Below are positions 16,761 through 26,922 of a stretch of DNA of 64,000 bases, one piece after another (position 1 is the stretch's first letter; each line of letters opens with the position of its first letter). Position numbers and translations under genes: made by a program. The stretch covers positions 681,802 through 745,801 of the forward strand of contig JAHFLL010000001.1 in NCBI GenBank assembly GCA_023244895.1. Direction: 5' to 3'. The notes beneath the pieces were generated by a model, which saw only the letters and a list, made by a program, of their open reading frames with translations, did no database searches and was not told where the DNA came from. The stretch is from Candidatus Liptonbacteria bacterium (GTDB lineage: Bacteria; Patescibacteriota; Minisyncoccia; UBA6257; 2-01-FULL-56-20).

Positions 16761-18929
16761 ATGGCCAAGAAGAATAAAGATAAGGAGCGCAATCTCAGAA
16801 ACAACCGAGGAGAGGACAAAAACGGAAAAATTAGAAAATTACATCCCGATACTGCCCGTAGCATCTGGGCGGTAGCTTGCCTGGGCGTGGCCTTGATTCT
16901 ATCCCTGGCCGGGTTTCATAAGGCCGGGCCGGTGGGCGAATGGATTTTTTTCGTACTCAACTATCTCTTGGGCTGGGGTTATTTTTTGTTGCCGATAGTG
17001 TTTCTGGTAATGGCCGGAATACTTTTCGCCTACGACCGCAAGACCTGGGTAGGACTTACCACGCTTGGCGCGGTTTTCTTTGTTTTCTCCGTCTTAGGAT
17101 TAATTCATATTTATTCTCCGGGTAGCGGCGGCATCTTTGGAATGGTGTTGGGCGCGCTAAGGCTAGCCTTTGGCAACCTCGCGGCGGTAATTATAAATAT
17201 TGTAATCGCCCTAATTTCCGCGCTAGTTACGCTTAACACTCCCCTACGCCTAACCTGGTTTAAGTGGCAGAAAAAATTGCTGGATACCACGGAGACGGAA
17301 GAGGAAGACGCGCCGGTTCTGATAGTAGGCGAAGCGAATCAAAAGATGGGCAACAAGGAAGAGCCGCCCAAAGAAGATAAAAAAGAAGAACAAGAATCAG
17401 AGCCGGAGGTAAAGCATATGTCCATCTTTGGCATGGGAGGCAAAAAGCCGACCGCGGTTAAGTTCAAAAACTATTCCGCTCCTCCCTTAGACTTGCTGCT
17501 CACGTCCACCGAGAAGCCGACCACCGGGGATTTGCGCGCCAACGCCAATATTATTAAACGCACCCTGGAAAGCTTCGGAATAATTGTGGAAATGGGCGAG
17601 ATAAACGTGGGGCCTAAGTTTACCCGTTATACCCTAAAGCCCGCGGAAGGAATGAAACTTTCCCGCATAACCGCCTTAGGTCAGGATCTGGCTATGGCGC
17701 TCGCCGCTCATCCAATTCGTATTGAGGCCCCGATTCCGGGCAAGTCTCTGGTTGGTATTGAGGTGCCGAATAAATCCGCCTCCGCGGTGCGTCTAGGCAG
17801 TATGTTGAGCTACCCCGAGTTCCAATCCGCGGGCGCGCTTGCTTTTGCTCTGGGCCGGGACGTGATGGGCGAACCACTCTACGCCAACATTGAGAAGATG
17901 CCTCACCTTTTAATCGCGGGCGCGACCGGCACCGGTAAGTCGGTGGCCCTCCACTCGCTCATTATCTCACTGCTCTACAAAAACTCTCCCGCCAATCTGC
18001 GTTTCATTATGATTGACCCCAAGCGGGTGGAGCTTTCTATGTATGAAAACATCCCCCACCTGGTCGGACCGGTTATAACGGATAATAAAAAAGCGCTCAA
18101 CGTTTTCCGCTACGCCATAAATGAAATGGAGAAGCGCTACGAAACATTCCAAAAATGCGGCAACCGCGACATTAAAAGCTACAACTTAGGCACTGGCAAA
18201 GAGAATCCTCTGCCCTATCTAATGATTATCGTGGACGAAGTAGCGGATATGATGAAGTCTTATGGCCGAGAAGTGGAAGGCTCTATTGTACGCTTGGCGC
18301 AAATGGCGCGCGCGACCGGCATCCACCTGGTCCTTTCCACGCAACGTCCTTCCGTGGAAGTCATCACCGGCCTGATTAAAGCTAACATCACCTACCGCAT
18401 CGCGCTCAAAGTTTTCAGCCAAATTGACTCTCGCACCATTTTGGACACCGGTGGAGCGGAAACGCTTTTGGGTGGTGGAGACATGTTATTTATTTCCGGA
18501 GACAATCCCAAGCCGCGCCGCATGCAGGGTTCTTACATAACAGAAGAAGAAATTAATCGGGTGGCGGATTATGTGCGCGAAAACAATCAGGCCATCGTGG
18601 AAGATGTGAATGTTAGCTTTGAGGGCAACTCCGAAAATGGCCATAGCGGGGAAGGAAGCGCGAACGGCAACGGTGGCATGGCCAGCATGAATACTTTTGA
18701 CGATTTTAGCGATGAGAACGGCAGCGACGAGTTATATGACGAAGCCGTCCGCGTAGTGCGGGAGGCACGCAAAGCATCTGCCTCGTATCTCCAGCGCCGC
18801 CTGGCAGTGGGCTACGCTCGCGCCGCCAAACTCTTGGACATGATGGAGGAACGGGGCGTGGTCGGCCCGGGCGAGGGCGCCAAACCCCGCGAAGTGTTTC
18901 TTACCTCCGAACCTCCCGCCGCGGAATAA
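16761..18929 (+). CDS. ftsK: DNA translocase FtsK/SpoIIIE
   Basis: N-terminal TM segments; Walker A motif IAGATGTGKS; C-terminal winged-helix gamma domain. The ORF opens at 16608, but the likely start is MAKKNK at 16761. Confidence 0.9.
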   Translation: MAKKNKDKERNLRNNRGEDKNGKIRKLHPDTARSIWAVACLGVALILSLAGFHKAGPVGEWIFFVLNYLLGWGYFLLPIVFLVMAGILFAYDRKTWVGLTTLGAVFFVFSVLGLIHIYSPGSGGIFGMVLGALRLAFGNLAAVIINIVIALISALVTLNTPLRLTWFKWQKKLLDTTETEEEDAPVLIVGEANQKMGNKEEPPKEDKKEEQESEPEVKHMSIFGMGGKKPTAVKFKNYSAPPLDLLLTSTEKPTTGDLRANANIIKRTLESFGIIVEMGEINVGPKFTRYTLKPAEGMKLSRITALGQDLAMALAAHPIRIEAPIPGKSLVGIEVPNKSASAVRLGSMLSYPEFQSAGALAFALGRDVMGEPLYANIEKMPHLLIAGATGTGKSVALHSLIISLLYKNSPANLRFIMIDPKRVELSMYENIPHLVGPVITDNKKALNVFRYAINEMEKRYETFQKCGNRDIKSYNLGTGKENPLPYLMIIVDEVADMMKSYGREVEGSIVRLAQMARATGIHLVLSTQRPSVEVITGLIKANITYRIALKVFSQIDSRTILDTGGAETLLGGGDMLFISGDNPKPRRMQGSYITEEEINRVADYVRENNQAIVEDVNVSFEGNSENGHSGEGSANGNGGMASMNTFDDFSDENGSDELYDEAVRVVREARKASASYLQRRLAVGYARAAKLLDMMEERGVVGPGEGAKPREVFLTSEPPAAE

Positions 18930-18984
18930 ATCGCAAACCTCAGCTCCCCTACTTATCACTATCTACTCACTACCTACTAATTAG

Positions 18985-19695
18985 ATGGACACCCTAGATT
19001 TCTCCGCGTTTCTGCGGGATAAAATGAAAGAGCACAATATGTCCTTGCGCCGTCTATCGGACGTAACCGGGATTTCAATCGCGCACTTGGAACTATTCCT
19101 GAAGGGAGATATGGACGACATGCCCGCCGCGCCTTATCTGCGCGGATACATATCGCACATCGCGGAGGCGCTGGAATTTGAGCCGGAAATCTGGTGGGAG
19201 TATTTCAAGCAAATCGGCGTTAAGTCCTCCGGCGGGAAAGACTCCTTACCCAAGAACCGTTTCGCGCCCAAGCCGGTCTCTAAACACATTTGGTGGATAG
19301 GAGCGCTAGTCTTAATTGCCGCCTATTTCGGCTTCCGCTTTACCGCCATTTTTGGCAAACCAATTCTTACCGTGGAATACCCGGCAAGTGAGATGATCCA
19401 AGTCGCGGAATCTTCCGTAATTCTGCGCGGGCAAATCAAATATGGCGATCAGGTATTCATAAATTCCGAATCCATTCCACTGGAAAATAATGCCTGGAAA
19501 AAAGAGGTGCCCCTCCAGCCCGGGCTCAATAGCTTTGAGATAAAGGCGACCAAGTTCTTGGGACGCGAGACGATCTCTCTGCGTCAGATTTTCTATGAGC
19601 CAACCCGGCAGGTAACCTCCACCACCCCGACCGAGAACGCCAGCACTACCCTACAAGACGGAATGAATAGCCAGCCGTCTTCTACGGAGGAATAA
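18985..19695 (+). CDS. RodZ-like protein: XRE-type HTH, one TM helix, and a C-terminal extracytoplasmic domain
   Basis: N-terminal HTH (MSLRRLSDVTGISIAHLELFLKG); TM segment IWWIGALVLIAAYFGF; 236 aa. Confidence 0.6.
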   Translation: MDTLDFSAFLRDKMKEHNMSLRRLSDVTGISIAHLELFLKGDMDDMPAAPYLRGYISHIAEALEFEPEIWWEYFKQIGVKSSGGKDSLPKNRFAPKPVSKHIWWIGALVLIAAYFGFRFTAIFGKPILTVEYPASEMIQVAESSVILRGQIKYGDQVFINSESIPLENNAWKKEVPLQPGLNSFEIKATKFLGRETISLRQIFYEPTRQVTSTTPTENASTTLQDGMNSQPSSTEE

Positions 19696-19738
19696 CTGAT
19701 CTGGGGCGTAGCGTTTCTTAATACAATTATTCTTATAT

Positions 19739-19778
19739 AATTCGGGGTATTCGGATGCGATTTGTAGTATTCGTGTTG
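19739..19778. repeat. Copy of the ATTCGG-rich repeat (aattcggggtattcggatgcgatttgtagtattcgtgttg)
   Basis: Same consensus as the copies at 25021, 47635 and 11662. Confidence 0.7.
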
Positions 19779-19866
19779 TATATATAAATTTTTGCTCTTT
19801 CCCCTGCCCCGTTCTAGAATTAGGCTATAAATATAAAAGTCTATAAACATATATAAAGATATAAAT

Positions 19867-20913
19867 ATGCCTCCTGCAAAAAAAGCCAAACCAGTCGAAG
19901 AAAAAAATGAATTAAAAGACCTACTTTCTTCGCTTCAAGAAAAATTCGGAGAAGGCGCGGTCATGACCCTGGGAGACACCAGAAAGGTGGACGTGGCGGT
20001 TATTCCGACCGGTTCCTTCTCCCTGGACTTGGCGTTGGGCGTAGGCGGAATTCCCCGTGGACGCGTGATTGAGGTGTTTGGTCCGGAATCAAGCGGGAAG
20101 ACTACGCTCGCGCTCCACGTGGTAGCACAAGCCCAAAAGCAAGGTGGTAAGGCCGCATTCATTGACGCGGAGCACGCCCTCGACCCGGAATATGCCGCTC
20201 GTATCGGCGTAAAGATAAACGAACTCCTTATCTCCCAACCGGACAACGGCGAAGAGGCTCTAAATATTCTGGAAAGCTTGGTGCGCTCAGAGATTATCTC
20301 AGTAGTGGTGGTGGATTCAGTCGCGGCGCTTACGCCCCGCGCGGAGATTGAGGGTGAAATGGGCGCACAGTTTATCGGACTGCAGGCTAGAATGATGTCG
20401 CAAGCCCTCCGCAAATTGACCGCTATCGCGGCCAAGAGTCAGACCACCATAATCTTCATCAACCAGATCCGCATGCAGGTCGGCGTATTCTTCGGCAATC
20501 CCGAGACCACCCCGGGCGGAAAAGCTCTCAAATTCTACGCTTCGGTACGCATTGATGTGCGTCGTACTGCCCAAATAAAGAAAGGTGAGGAAGTTTACGG
20601 CAACCGCATTAAGGCCAAGGTGGTTAAAAATAAAGTCGCTCCCCCATTCCGGGTGGCGGAGTTTGATATCTTGTACGGTTCCGGAATTTCTTACGAAGCA
20701 GATGTTCTAAACGCGGGGGTGAAATATGGCGTGATAGCCAAGTCCGGCGCGAGTTTCAGCATGGATGGCGAAAAGATTGGCAATGGCTTTGATAACACCC
20801 GTCTTAAATTGAAAGAGGACAAGAAACTCTTGAACACGATTAAGGCAAAGGTGCGAGAGGCTATCAAAAATAATCAGTCGGCCATAGTAGAGGCGGAGCC
20901 GGAAAAGGAATAG
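19867..20913 (+). CDS. recA: Recombinase RecA
   Basis: Walker A motif [13 protein letters not shown]; full-length RecA-like sequence (348 aa). Confidence 0.97.
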   Translation: MPPAKKAKPVEEKNELKDLLSSLQEKFGEGAVMTLGDTRKVDVAVIPTGSFSLDLALGVGGIPRGRVIEVFGPESSGKTTLALHVVAQAQKQGGKAAFIDAEHALDPEYAARIGVKINELLISQPDNGEEALNILESLVRSEIISVVVVDSVAALTPRAEIEGEMGAQFIGLQARMMSQALRKLTAIAAKSQTTIIFINQIRMQVGVFFGNPETTPGGKALKFYASVRIDVRRTAQIKKGEEVYGNRIKAKVVKNKVAPPFRVAEFDILYGSGISYEADVLNAGVKYGVIAKSGASFSMDGEKIGNGFDNTRLKLKEDKKLLNTIKAKVREAIKNNQSAIVEAEPEKE

Positions 20914-20956
20914 CGAGCTAGAAGCTGGAAGTTAGAAGTTAGTAGATGATACAAAT

Positions 20957-20982
20957 CAAAAATCCCGCACTGCGGGATTTTT
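20957..20982. terminator. Bidirectional rho-independent terminator between recA and the convergent 345-aa gene
   Basis: aaaaatcccgcactgcgggattttt: a hairpin flanked by an A-run and a T-run. Confidence 0.8.
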
Positions 20983-21064
20983 GACTCAAGTGTTTTCTAT
21001 ATTTTAAATCCTCCCCTGCACCATTCTTAATTCTAACTTCTACATTCTACCTTCCAACTTCTAC

Positions 21065-22102
21065 TCACAGCCTCCTACCCGCCTCCTCAAAGGACTCGAG
21101 CGATGTGCTAATCAAAAAGTATTGGCTGTTTACCCAGCCATACACCAAGCGCGCGCCGGGATTGCTATAAGTCAAAACCCTAGCCGACTCGCCATAGACT
21201 TGCTTGCTCTCAAACTGAGTCACTTCCGACCCCGGGTCAAGGAAAAATAGTTTTTTGAGTTCGGAGGATTTCTCTTCCATATTCCTTAAATCCACATCCG
21301 CCAGAATCTTGGTTTGCCCCTCCTTTAACTTCAAGACATAAACCGGCCAAGCGCCTCGCTCGTCCCAGCGTACAAATAGATTAAAACCCTGCTCAAAGTA
21401 CCCTTGCCATAGTCTTTCTTCCAAGAGAGAAGCTTCCGCCATTTTCAAATACGATGCCCAAGAGAGGGCGTGCCCTTCCGAGTTCTTAACGACAACCTCC
21501 GTGAAACGGCTTAGCGCGGAAGTCGCATTGTTCTCCCCCGCCGAACCCACCACCGCATCCACCAATCCTAATTTAGTGGCATTATCCGTTAAAATTATCT
21601 CGTACTTCCCATCCGTGGGAAATTTAGCAAAACTCTTATAGCCCAAGAATGTGGGCGCGGTAACGGGCGGAAGCGATGGCGCGTTGGTACTGCTAGCGTT
21701 GTTGACCGTCGCAGGCGGCGGAGTCGGCTTAGCCGTAAGTTTCGGTATCAGAAAATATCCTCCCGCGAAAAGTAGCCCTGCAATGCCTATACCCACAAGC
21801 ACCCAAAGCCAAGCGACATAGCTCTTATTGGGCATCACATCCGACACGTCTCCTTGAAACGGAGCTCCCGTCGCTTGCGACCTCACCTCCACCTGTGGAG
21901 CGGAAAAAGTAAGATTACCGAAGGCGTTGGCCTGTCCGCCCATCTGCTCAATATCGGACTGCATAGTCCTTATCTCTATTTCCGCATTAATCCCCGGGGA
22001 GGGTGGCGGGAAATTTTGACCAGGAGTTCTGTTCTGCGCGCCCGGAACTTGATTCTGACCGGAACCGCTTGCGTATGGTGATTGATTGAAAATCTGACTC
22101 AT
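21065..22102 (-). CDS. Hypothetical membrane-anchored protein. It has an N-terminal disordered Gln/Pro/Gly-rich region, a single TM helix and an extracytoplasmic domain
   Basis: 345 aa; TM segment VAWLWVLVGIGIAGLLFAGGYFLI; no recognisable catalytic motifs. Confidence 0.6.
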   Translation of the reverse strand: MSQIFNQSPYASGSGQNQVPGAQNRTPGQNFPPPSPGINAEIEIRTMQSDIEQMGGQANAFGNLTFSAPQVEVRSQATGAPFQGDVSDVMPNKSYVAWLWVLVGIGIAGLLFAGGYFLIPKLTAKPTPPPATVNNASSTNAPSLPPVTAPTFLGYKSFAKFPTDGKYEIILTDNATKLGLVDAVVGSAGENNATSALSRFTEVVVKNSEGHALSWASYLKMAEASLLEERLWQGYFEQGFNLFVRWDERGAWPVYVLKLKEGQTKILADVDLRNMEEKSSELKKLFFLDPGSEVTQFESKQVYGESARVLTYSNPGARLVYGWVNSQYFLISTSLESFEEAGRRL

Positions 22103-22198
22103 AACTTTGATATTTTAACACACAAAACCAAAATCCCGCGCTGGGCGGTATCTTGGCTAAGATCTTTTTACTAAGTCCTAATGACTAGGTTCTATGTC

Positions 22199-24307
22199 TT
22201 ATTTCTGCTCCTCCATCTGCTTCAAAGACAAACCAATCTTACCCTCCTCCACCTTGATGATTTTGGCGGTGACAATATCTCCTAGATGGACTACCTCCGT
22301 CACGGTTTTAACAAAACCGTTCTTAAGCTCGGAAACGTGAATCATGCCGTCCTGCCCCCCGCCCAAATCCACTATCGCTCCGAAGTCCATAATGCGCACC
22401 ACCTTGCCAGTTACAACCTCCCCGATCGTAAACTCCCGAGTCATGGAACGGATCTGGCTGGCCGCCTCCTCTGCCTTACTTCTATCAATAGCGGCGATAA
22501 AGATACTGCCGTCTTCTTCTATGTCAATCGTGGTTAGTCCCAAATCGCGAATCATGCCGTTTATCATCTTGCCACCCGGTCCGATAACCATTCCGATTTT
22601 CTCCGGATTTATCTTGAGCTGAATAATCGTCGGCGCGTACACGGAAAGCTGTTTGCGAGGCTCGGGAATAACGGAGTTAATGACTCCCAGAATTTCCAGG
22701 CGGGCATCCTTGGCCTGCTTCATAGTCTGCTCAATTATCTGCTTGGTTAAACCAAACACCTTCACATCCAGCTGAATAGCGGTAATACCGTCTTTGGTGC
22801 CCGCCACCTTAAAGTCCATATCACCATAATGATCTTCCGGTCCCTGTAGGTCGGTTAGCACTCGGAAATTATCTCCCGACTCGTCCATCATGAGACCCAT
22901 CGCGATACCGGCCACTGGCTTCTTTAAAGGCACGCCAGCGTCCAGGAGCGACATGGTGGTCGCGCAAACTGTCGCCATAGAAGAAGATCCGTTTGAGGAC
23001 AGAATTTCGGTGACCACGCGGATGGTGTATGGGAATTGTTCCACGCCCGGGATCAGGGGCTTCAGGGCCTTCTCTGCCAAGGCGCCATGCCCAATTTCCC
23101 GCCTGCCCGGACCGCGGAAGTTACCAGTCTCCCCCACGGAATAGGGCGGGAAGTTGTAGTGCAACATAAATCTGCGCTTGGTGTTCGTCTCCATAGTCTC
23201 AATCAACTGCTCCGCGCCTGGTGCGGCCAAAGTCGTAACCGCAAGCGCCTGGGTGTTGCCTCTCACAAACAGAGCGGAGCCGTGAGTGCGCGAGAAAAGT
23301 CCTACCTCGCCGTAAAGCGGGCGAATCTCGGTTATCTTGCGCCCATCCACGCGCCGGTCTTTAGCGATAGCTTCCTTATGCGCTAAAGCATCTATCATTT
23401 CTTCCATAATGAAGTCCGCTGCTACCATATCCGGTTTTTCCAACTTCTCCGCAAGGTGCGCCCCGAGCTGTTCCTTTAGCTCGTTTAAGCGACGGGTATG
23501 TTCCATTTTATTGGACTGGAAAACAGCCTCTTCTAAACGAGGCGCCAAAAACTCCTCTACCGCGGAGCGCAACTCCGGTGCCGGTTCATAAACCTTGACC
23601 TGCACTTTAGGCTTGCCGATTTCCGCGATAATTTTGGATTGAAAATCAATCAGTTTGTTTATCTCTGTTTGCGCGAGCTCAAAAGCGTGCATTACGTCCG
23701 CCTCCTGCGCCTCCATACCGGAAAGCTCTATCATACTGATGCGGTCTTTGGGTCCGGCCGCGAAAGTTTCAAATACAAAATCTTTTTCGGCGAGGCGAGA
23801 GTTGTTAGGGTTGACCACAAAGTCGTTCCCTATTTTAGCCACGCGCACTCCACCCACAGGACCGGCCCAAGGAATATCGGAAGTGCCGAGCGCGGTAGAA
23901 GCCGCGACGAGACCGATGAAATCAGGGTCATTCTCCTCGTCTATCGCGAGCACGGTTACCACCACTTGCATATCCCGGCGAATACGTTGGTCAAAAAGCG
24001 GACGCAGCGTGCGGTCTATTAGGCGACCGGAAAGGACCGCGTCTTCCGAAGACCTGCCCTCTCTGCGCACGTAACGGCTACCCAAGATTTTGCCCGCCGC
24101 GTAAAATCTTTCTTCGTAATCCACCTTGAGCGGCAGATAGTTGGCGGTAGACTCAAAGGGAGCCATAACCGCGGTTGCCAAAACTACCGTCTCGCCATAC
24201 TTGGCAAGCACCGCCGAGTTCGCCTGCTCCGCCATTATGGAGAACTCCAGAGAGAAGGTCTTACCTCCTATCTCGGTTGTAAACTTCTTTTTATTCATTT
24301 CTTTCAT
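22199..24307 (-). CDS. pnp: Polyribonucleotide nucleotidyltransferase (PNPase)
   Basis: 702 aa; two RNase PH-like domains plus KH and S1 domains at the C-terminus; classic rpsO-pnp neighbourhood. Confidence 0.95.
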   Translation of the reverse strand: MKEMNKKKFTTEIGGKTFSLEFSIMAEQANSAVLAKYGETVVLATAVMAPFESTANYLPLKVDYEERFYAAGKILGSRYVRREGRSSEDAVLSGRLIDRTLRPLFDQRIRRDMQVVVTVLAIDEENDPDFIGLVAASTALGTSDIPWAGPVGGVRVAKIGNDFVVNPNNSRLAEKDFVFETFAAGPKDRISMIELSGMEAQEADVMHAFELAQTEINKLIDFQSKIIAEIGKPKVQVKVYEPAPELRSAVEEFLAPRLEEAVFQSNKMEHTRRLNELKEQLGAHLAEKLEKPDMVAADFIMEEMIDALAHKEAIAKDRRVDGRKITEIRPLYGEVGLFSRTHGSALFVRGNTQALAVTTLAAPGAEQLIETMETNTKRRFMLHYNFPPYSVGETGNFRGPGRREIGHGALAEKALKPLIPGVEQFPYTIRVVTEILSSNGSSSMATVCATTMSLLDAGVPLKKPVAGIAMGLMMDESGDNFRVLTDLQGPEDHYGDMDFKVAGTKDGITAIQLDVKVFGLTKQIIEQTMKQAKDARLEILGVINSVIPEPRKQLSVYAPTIIQLKINPEKIGMVIGPGGKMINGMIRDLGLTTIDIEEDGSIFIAAIDRSKAEEAASQIRSMTREFTIGEVVTGKVVRIMDFGAIVDLGGGQDGMIHVSELKNGFVKTVTEVVHLGDIVTAKIIKVEEGKIGLSLKQMEEQK

Positions 24308-24409
24308 GTTTTTGTTTTTATTTTTTGTTATTTATGAGCTCAAATTAAAAAAGCCTATGCGGCATTACTTGATTTTAACTCGTTTTTATTTGGTTTTTAT
24401 GACTTTTTA

Positions 24410-24997
24410 TTAGCGTCTTAAAATTATCCTGGGTATCGACTCCAAGTTAATAAATTTGTCCACCGCTTCCTGCAATTTGGAAGAAGTACTGCGGTGAAAC
24501 CCAGCCACCTCCACTCTGCGTCCGCGGCCATGCTTCAAATATTCCACGAGTGGTATGTAATCTCCGTCTCCAGTTACAAGTATAATAACGTCCAGAAAAT
24601 CACACATACGGATGGCGTCTACCGCCAAGCCCACATCCCAATCTCCTTTCTTTAGGCCATCGCCGTAAACCTGCAGGTCTTTAACCCGCAATTCCAATCC
24701 GGATTTCTCCAGAGCGTCAAAGAAAGCGCTTTCGGTAGAGAGCCCCTTTTGGCGCTGATTTACAACCTGCTCTAGGGGATGTACAGAGGCCTCCACTCCT
24801 TCGCTTTTGATAACGTAAGCCATAGCACGAATAAGCTGGCGGGGGCCAACCAAGTGCTTCATCATCTCCGCGTAGTTAACCCGGCCATGGTAGATGTTCT
24901 TGGCGGAATGATACAGATTGGAAACGTCCACAAATATACCAACTCTCTGATTGGGCAGATAGTCGGATTGTGGGCGCACTTTACGTTCGGGAATCAT
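24410..24997 (-). CDS. NYN-domain (LabA-like) predicted ribonuclease
   Basis: GIFVDVSNLYH...ILVTGDGDYIPLVEYLKHGRRVEVAGF matches the NYN/LabA motif pattern. Confidence 0.7.
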   Translation of the reverse strand: MIPERKVRPQSDYLPNQRVGIFVDVSNLYHSAKNIYHGRVNYAEMMKHLVGPRQLIRAMAYVIKSEGVEASVHPLEQVVNQRQKGLSTESAFFDALEKSGLELRVKDLQVYGDGLKKGDWDVGLAVDAIRMCDFLDVIILVTGDGDYIPLVEYLKHGRGRRVEVAGFHRSTSSKLQEAVDKFINLESIPRIILRR

Positions 24998-25020
24998 CTA
25001 ATAGTTATCTTCTTTGCCCT

Positions 25021-25064
25021 AATTCGGGGCATTCGGATGGAATTTGTAGTATTCGGGTCGCTTT
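25021..25064. repeat. Copy of the ATTCGG-rich repeat (aattcggggcattcggatggaatttgtagtattcgggtcgcttt) between rpsO and the NYN gene
   Basis: Direct sequence match to the other copies. Confidence 0.7.
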
Positions 25065-25335
25065 ACTTCTTCAAATCCAGCTTCTTGATCAGCTTTTCAT
25101 AATCCGCCGGCTTCTTCTTGCGTAAGTAGTCTAAAAGCTTTCTGCGCTGGCTGACCATCTTCAAAAGTCCCCGACGGGAGTGATTATCCTTGGGGTTTTT
25201 CTTGAGATGCTTACTTAACTCCTCTATCTGACGGGTAAGTGTGGCAACCTGCACGTTGGCCGAGCCAGTATCTTTGTCGTGGACTCCGTGTTCCGAAGAA
25301 ATTTTTGTTTTTACTCTTTTAGTTAACATTGACAT
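25063..25335 (-). CDS. rpsO: 30S ribosomal protein S15
   Basis: [50 protein letters not shown] matches the S15 signature. The likely start is the internal MSMLTKR, not the ORF-track start at 25392. Confidence 0.93.
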   Translation of the reverse strand: MSMLTKRVKTKISSEHGVHDKDTGSANVQVATLTRQIEELSKHLKKNPKDNHSRRGLLKMVSQRRKLLDYLRKKKPADYEKLIKKLDLKK

Positions 25336-25397
25336 AAGAATAACACCTTTTCGTATATATTGCAAATAAGACCCAGTCAGATCATCAGCCAAGGCAT

Positions 25398-25438
25398 TTA
25401 TCCACGAGAATAGACGATCGTCTTTTTTTGTGGATAAA
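25398..25438. promoter_or_regulatory. Imperfect palindrome: two inverted DnaA-box-like 9-mers (TTATCCACG and TTATCCACA) flank a perfect 12-bp core agacgatcgtct. Its left half is related to the palindrome at 26843
   Basis: ttatccacgagaatagacgatcgtctttttttgtggataa. Confidence 0.5.
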
Positions 25439-25506
25439 TTGGCCCTGGTCTATTAATCTTTAGAAACGACTGTGGCCGGGGTGCGCTGATGCACCTCGGC
25501 CACGGA

Positions 25507-25770
25507 CTAGTCCCCTGGAGAGCGGGACCATGTGTCCCAAGCTGACGAGAAGAGCATCACGCCAGCCACGAGCAGACCCGCGACGCAGATACCCTTCGTC
25601 GGGGCAAGGGGCACGAGCAACCACGAGGCGGCCGCGAAGACCAGCCTCCAGGCAGCCTTCTTCGGGGTCGGAACCTTCGGCCTCATTATCCCTCCGAGGG
25701 AGCCCGCTTCGGCAGTCGCCCATGCGAAGGCTCCTACCGTTCCCAACAGCACCAACTCGCAAACCATCAT
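25507..25770 (-). CDS. GC-rich orphan small membrane protein (87 aa, 2-3 TM helices)
   Basis: Hydrophobic ORF in a roughly 330-bp high-GC segment, bounded by AT-rich spacers and a hairpin at 25471-25502. Confidence 0.45.
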   Translation of the reverse strand: MMVCELVLLGTVGAFAWATAEAGSLGGIMRPKVPTPKKAAWRLVFAAASWLLVPLAPTKGICVAGLLVAGVMLFSSAWDTWSRSPGD

Positions 25771-25886
25771 GTCTGACCTCCTTTTTTAATTATAACATAT
25801 TATCCATACATTGGCAAATACAACCAAGATTGGCAATAGAAACATTAATAATGTACATATCTGTCGCAAAATAAAATTGTGGTAGA

Positions 25887-26804
25887 ATGGGGTTAATGTC
25901 TAATCTGAAGGAGCTGGTACAAGATTATCTGAACTACCTGGAGATAGAAAAGGGGCGCTCCCCTCGCACCCGCGAGAACTACGAGCACTATCTCGCGGAC
26001 TTTATGGCCTACGCCAAAATCTCCTCCCCCAAAGACATTACCGACCGCCTGGTGCGCGAATATCGCTTGAATCTCGCACGGCGGGATATCAAAAAAATCA
26101 GCCAGAACTACTACACCATCGCTCTGCGCAACTTTCTAAAATATCTGGCACGGCGGGACGTTGTCTCTCTCCAGCCGGATAAAATTGAGCTGGCGAAAGT
26201 TTCCCGCGCGCAAATAGAAATATTGGAATATCAGGATTTAGAAAGGCTGCTCCAGGCGCCCCAGGGCGGAGACTTGCGCTCTCTGCGGGATAAGGCGATT
26301 TTGGAAATGCTTTTTTCAACCGGCCTGCGCTTGGCGGAACTGTGCTCTCTGGAGCGATATCTGAATTTGGAGCGGGGAGAATTTACGGTGCGGGGCAAGG
26401 GCGATAAGTTGCGGGTGGTTTTCTTATCCGACCGCGCCAAAAAAGCTATTAAGCAATACCTGGACAAGCGCACCGACGCGGAGCCGTATCTCTTCGTGAG
26501 TCTTTCTAAAATTGCCAAGGGCTCCAAAAAGGAGCCGAAGGTGCTGGGCAGAATAACCCCCCGGGCGGTGGAGCGGGCGGTGGAGCACTGGTCCAAGGTG
26601 GCGGGCATTCCCAAGCATATTCATCCCCACCAGCTACGACACAGCTTCGCGACCGATCTTTTAATGAACGGGGCGGACCTACGCTCCGTGCAAGAGCTCC
26701 TGGGTCATGCCAATATTTCTACTACTCAAATCTACACCCATCTAACCAACAAGGAACTTAAAGAGATCCACGAGGCCTTCCATGGCCAAAGGAGGAAGAA
26801 GTAA
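25887..26804 (+). CDS. Tyrosine site-specific recombinase of the XerC/XerD family
   Basis: C-terminal catalytic region HQLRHSFATDLLMNGADLRSVQELLGHANISTTQIYTH (R...H-x-x-R...Y); N-terminal SAM-like domain; extended -10 tgtggtagaat upstream. Confidence 0.9.
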   Translation: MGLMSNLKELVQDYLNYLEIEKGRSPRTRENYEHYLADFMAYAKISSPKDITDRLVREYRLNLARRDIKKISQNYYTIALRNFLKYLARRDVVSLQPDKIELAKVSRAQIEILEYQDLERLLQAPQGGDLRSLRDKAILEMLFSTGLRLAELCSLERYLNLERGEFTVRGKGDKLRVVFLSDRAKKAIKQYLDKRTDAEPYLFVSLSKIAKGSKKEPKVLGRITPRAVERAVEHWSKVAGIPKHIHPHQLRHSFATDLLMNGADLRSVQELLGHANISTTQIYTHLTNKELKEIHEAFHGQRRKK

Positions 26805-26842
26805 GTAGTGCTCTTAAAATCCATAAAATCCACTCGCTCGGT

Positions 26843-26884
26843 CTACTCCACGATAATTAACGATCGTTAATTATCGTGGAGTAG
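26843..26884. repeat. Perfect 42-bp palindrome with a 6-bp centre cgatcg and AT-rich arms, immediately 3' of the xer gene. Candidate dif-like site
   Basis: ctactccacgataattaacgatcgttaattatcgtggagtag is its own reverse complement. Confidence 0.6.
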
Positions 26885-26922
26885 CGGGAAACCGCTCTCA
26901 TCTGCCTAGTTTTGTACGAATT

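Noticed and set aside
25530-25874. Plus-strand 114-aa and minus-strand 100-aa Arg-rich ORFs in the GC-rich segment upstream of xer
   Set aside because: Composition artefacts. The hydrophobic 87-aa minus-strand frame is the only protein-like reading.
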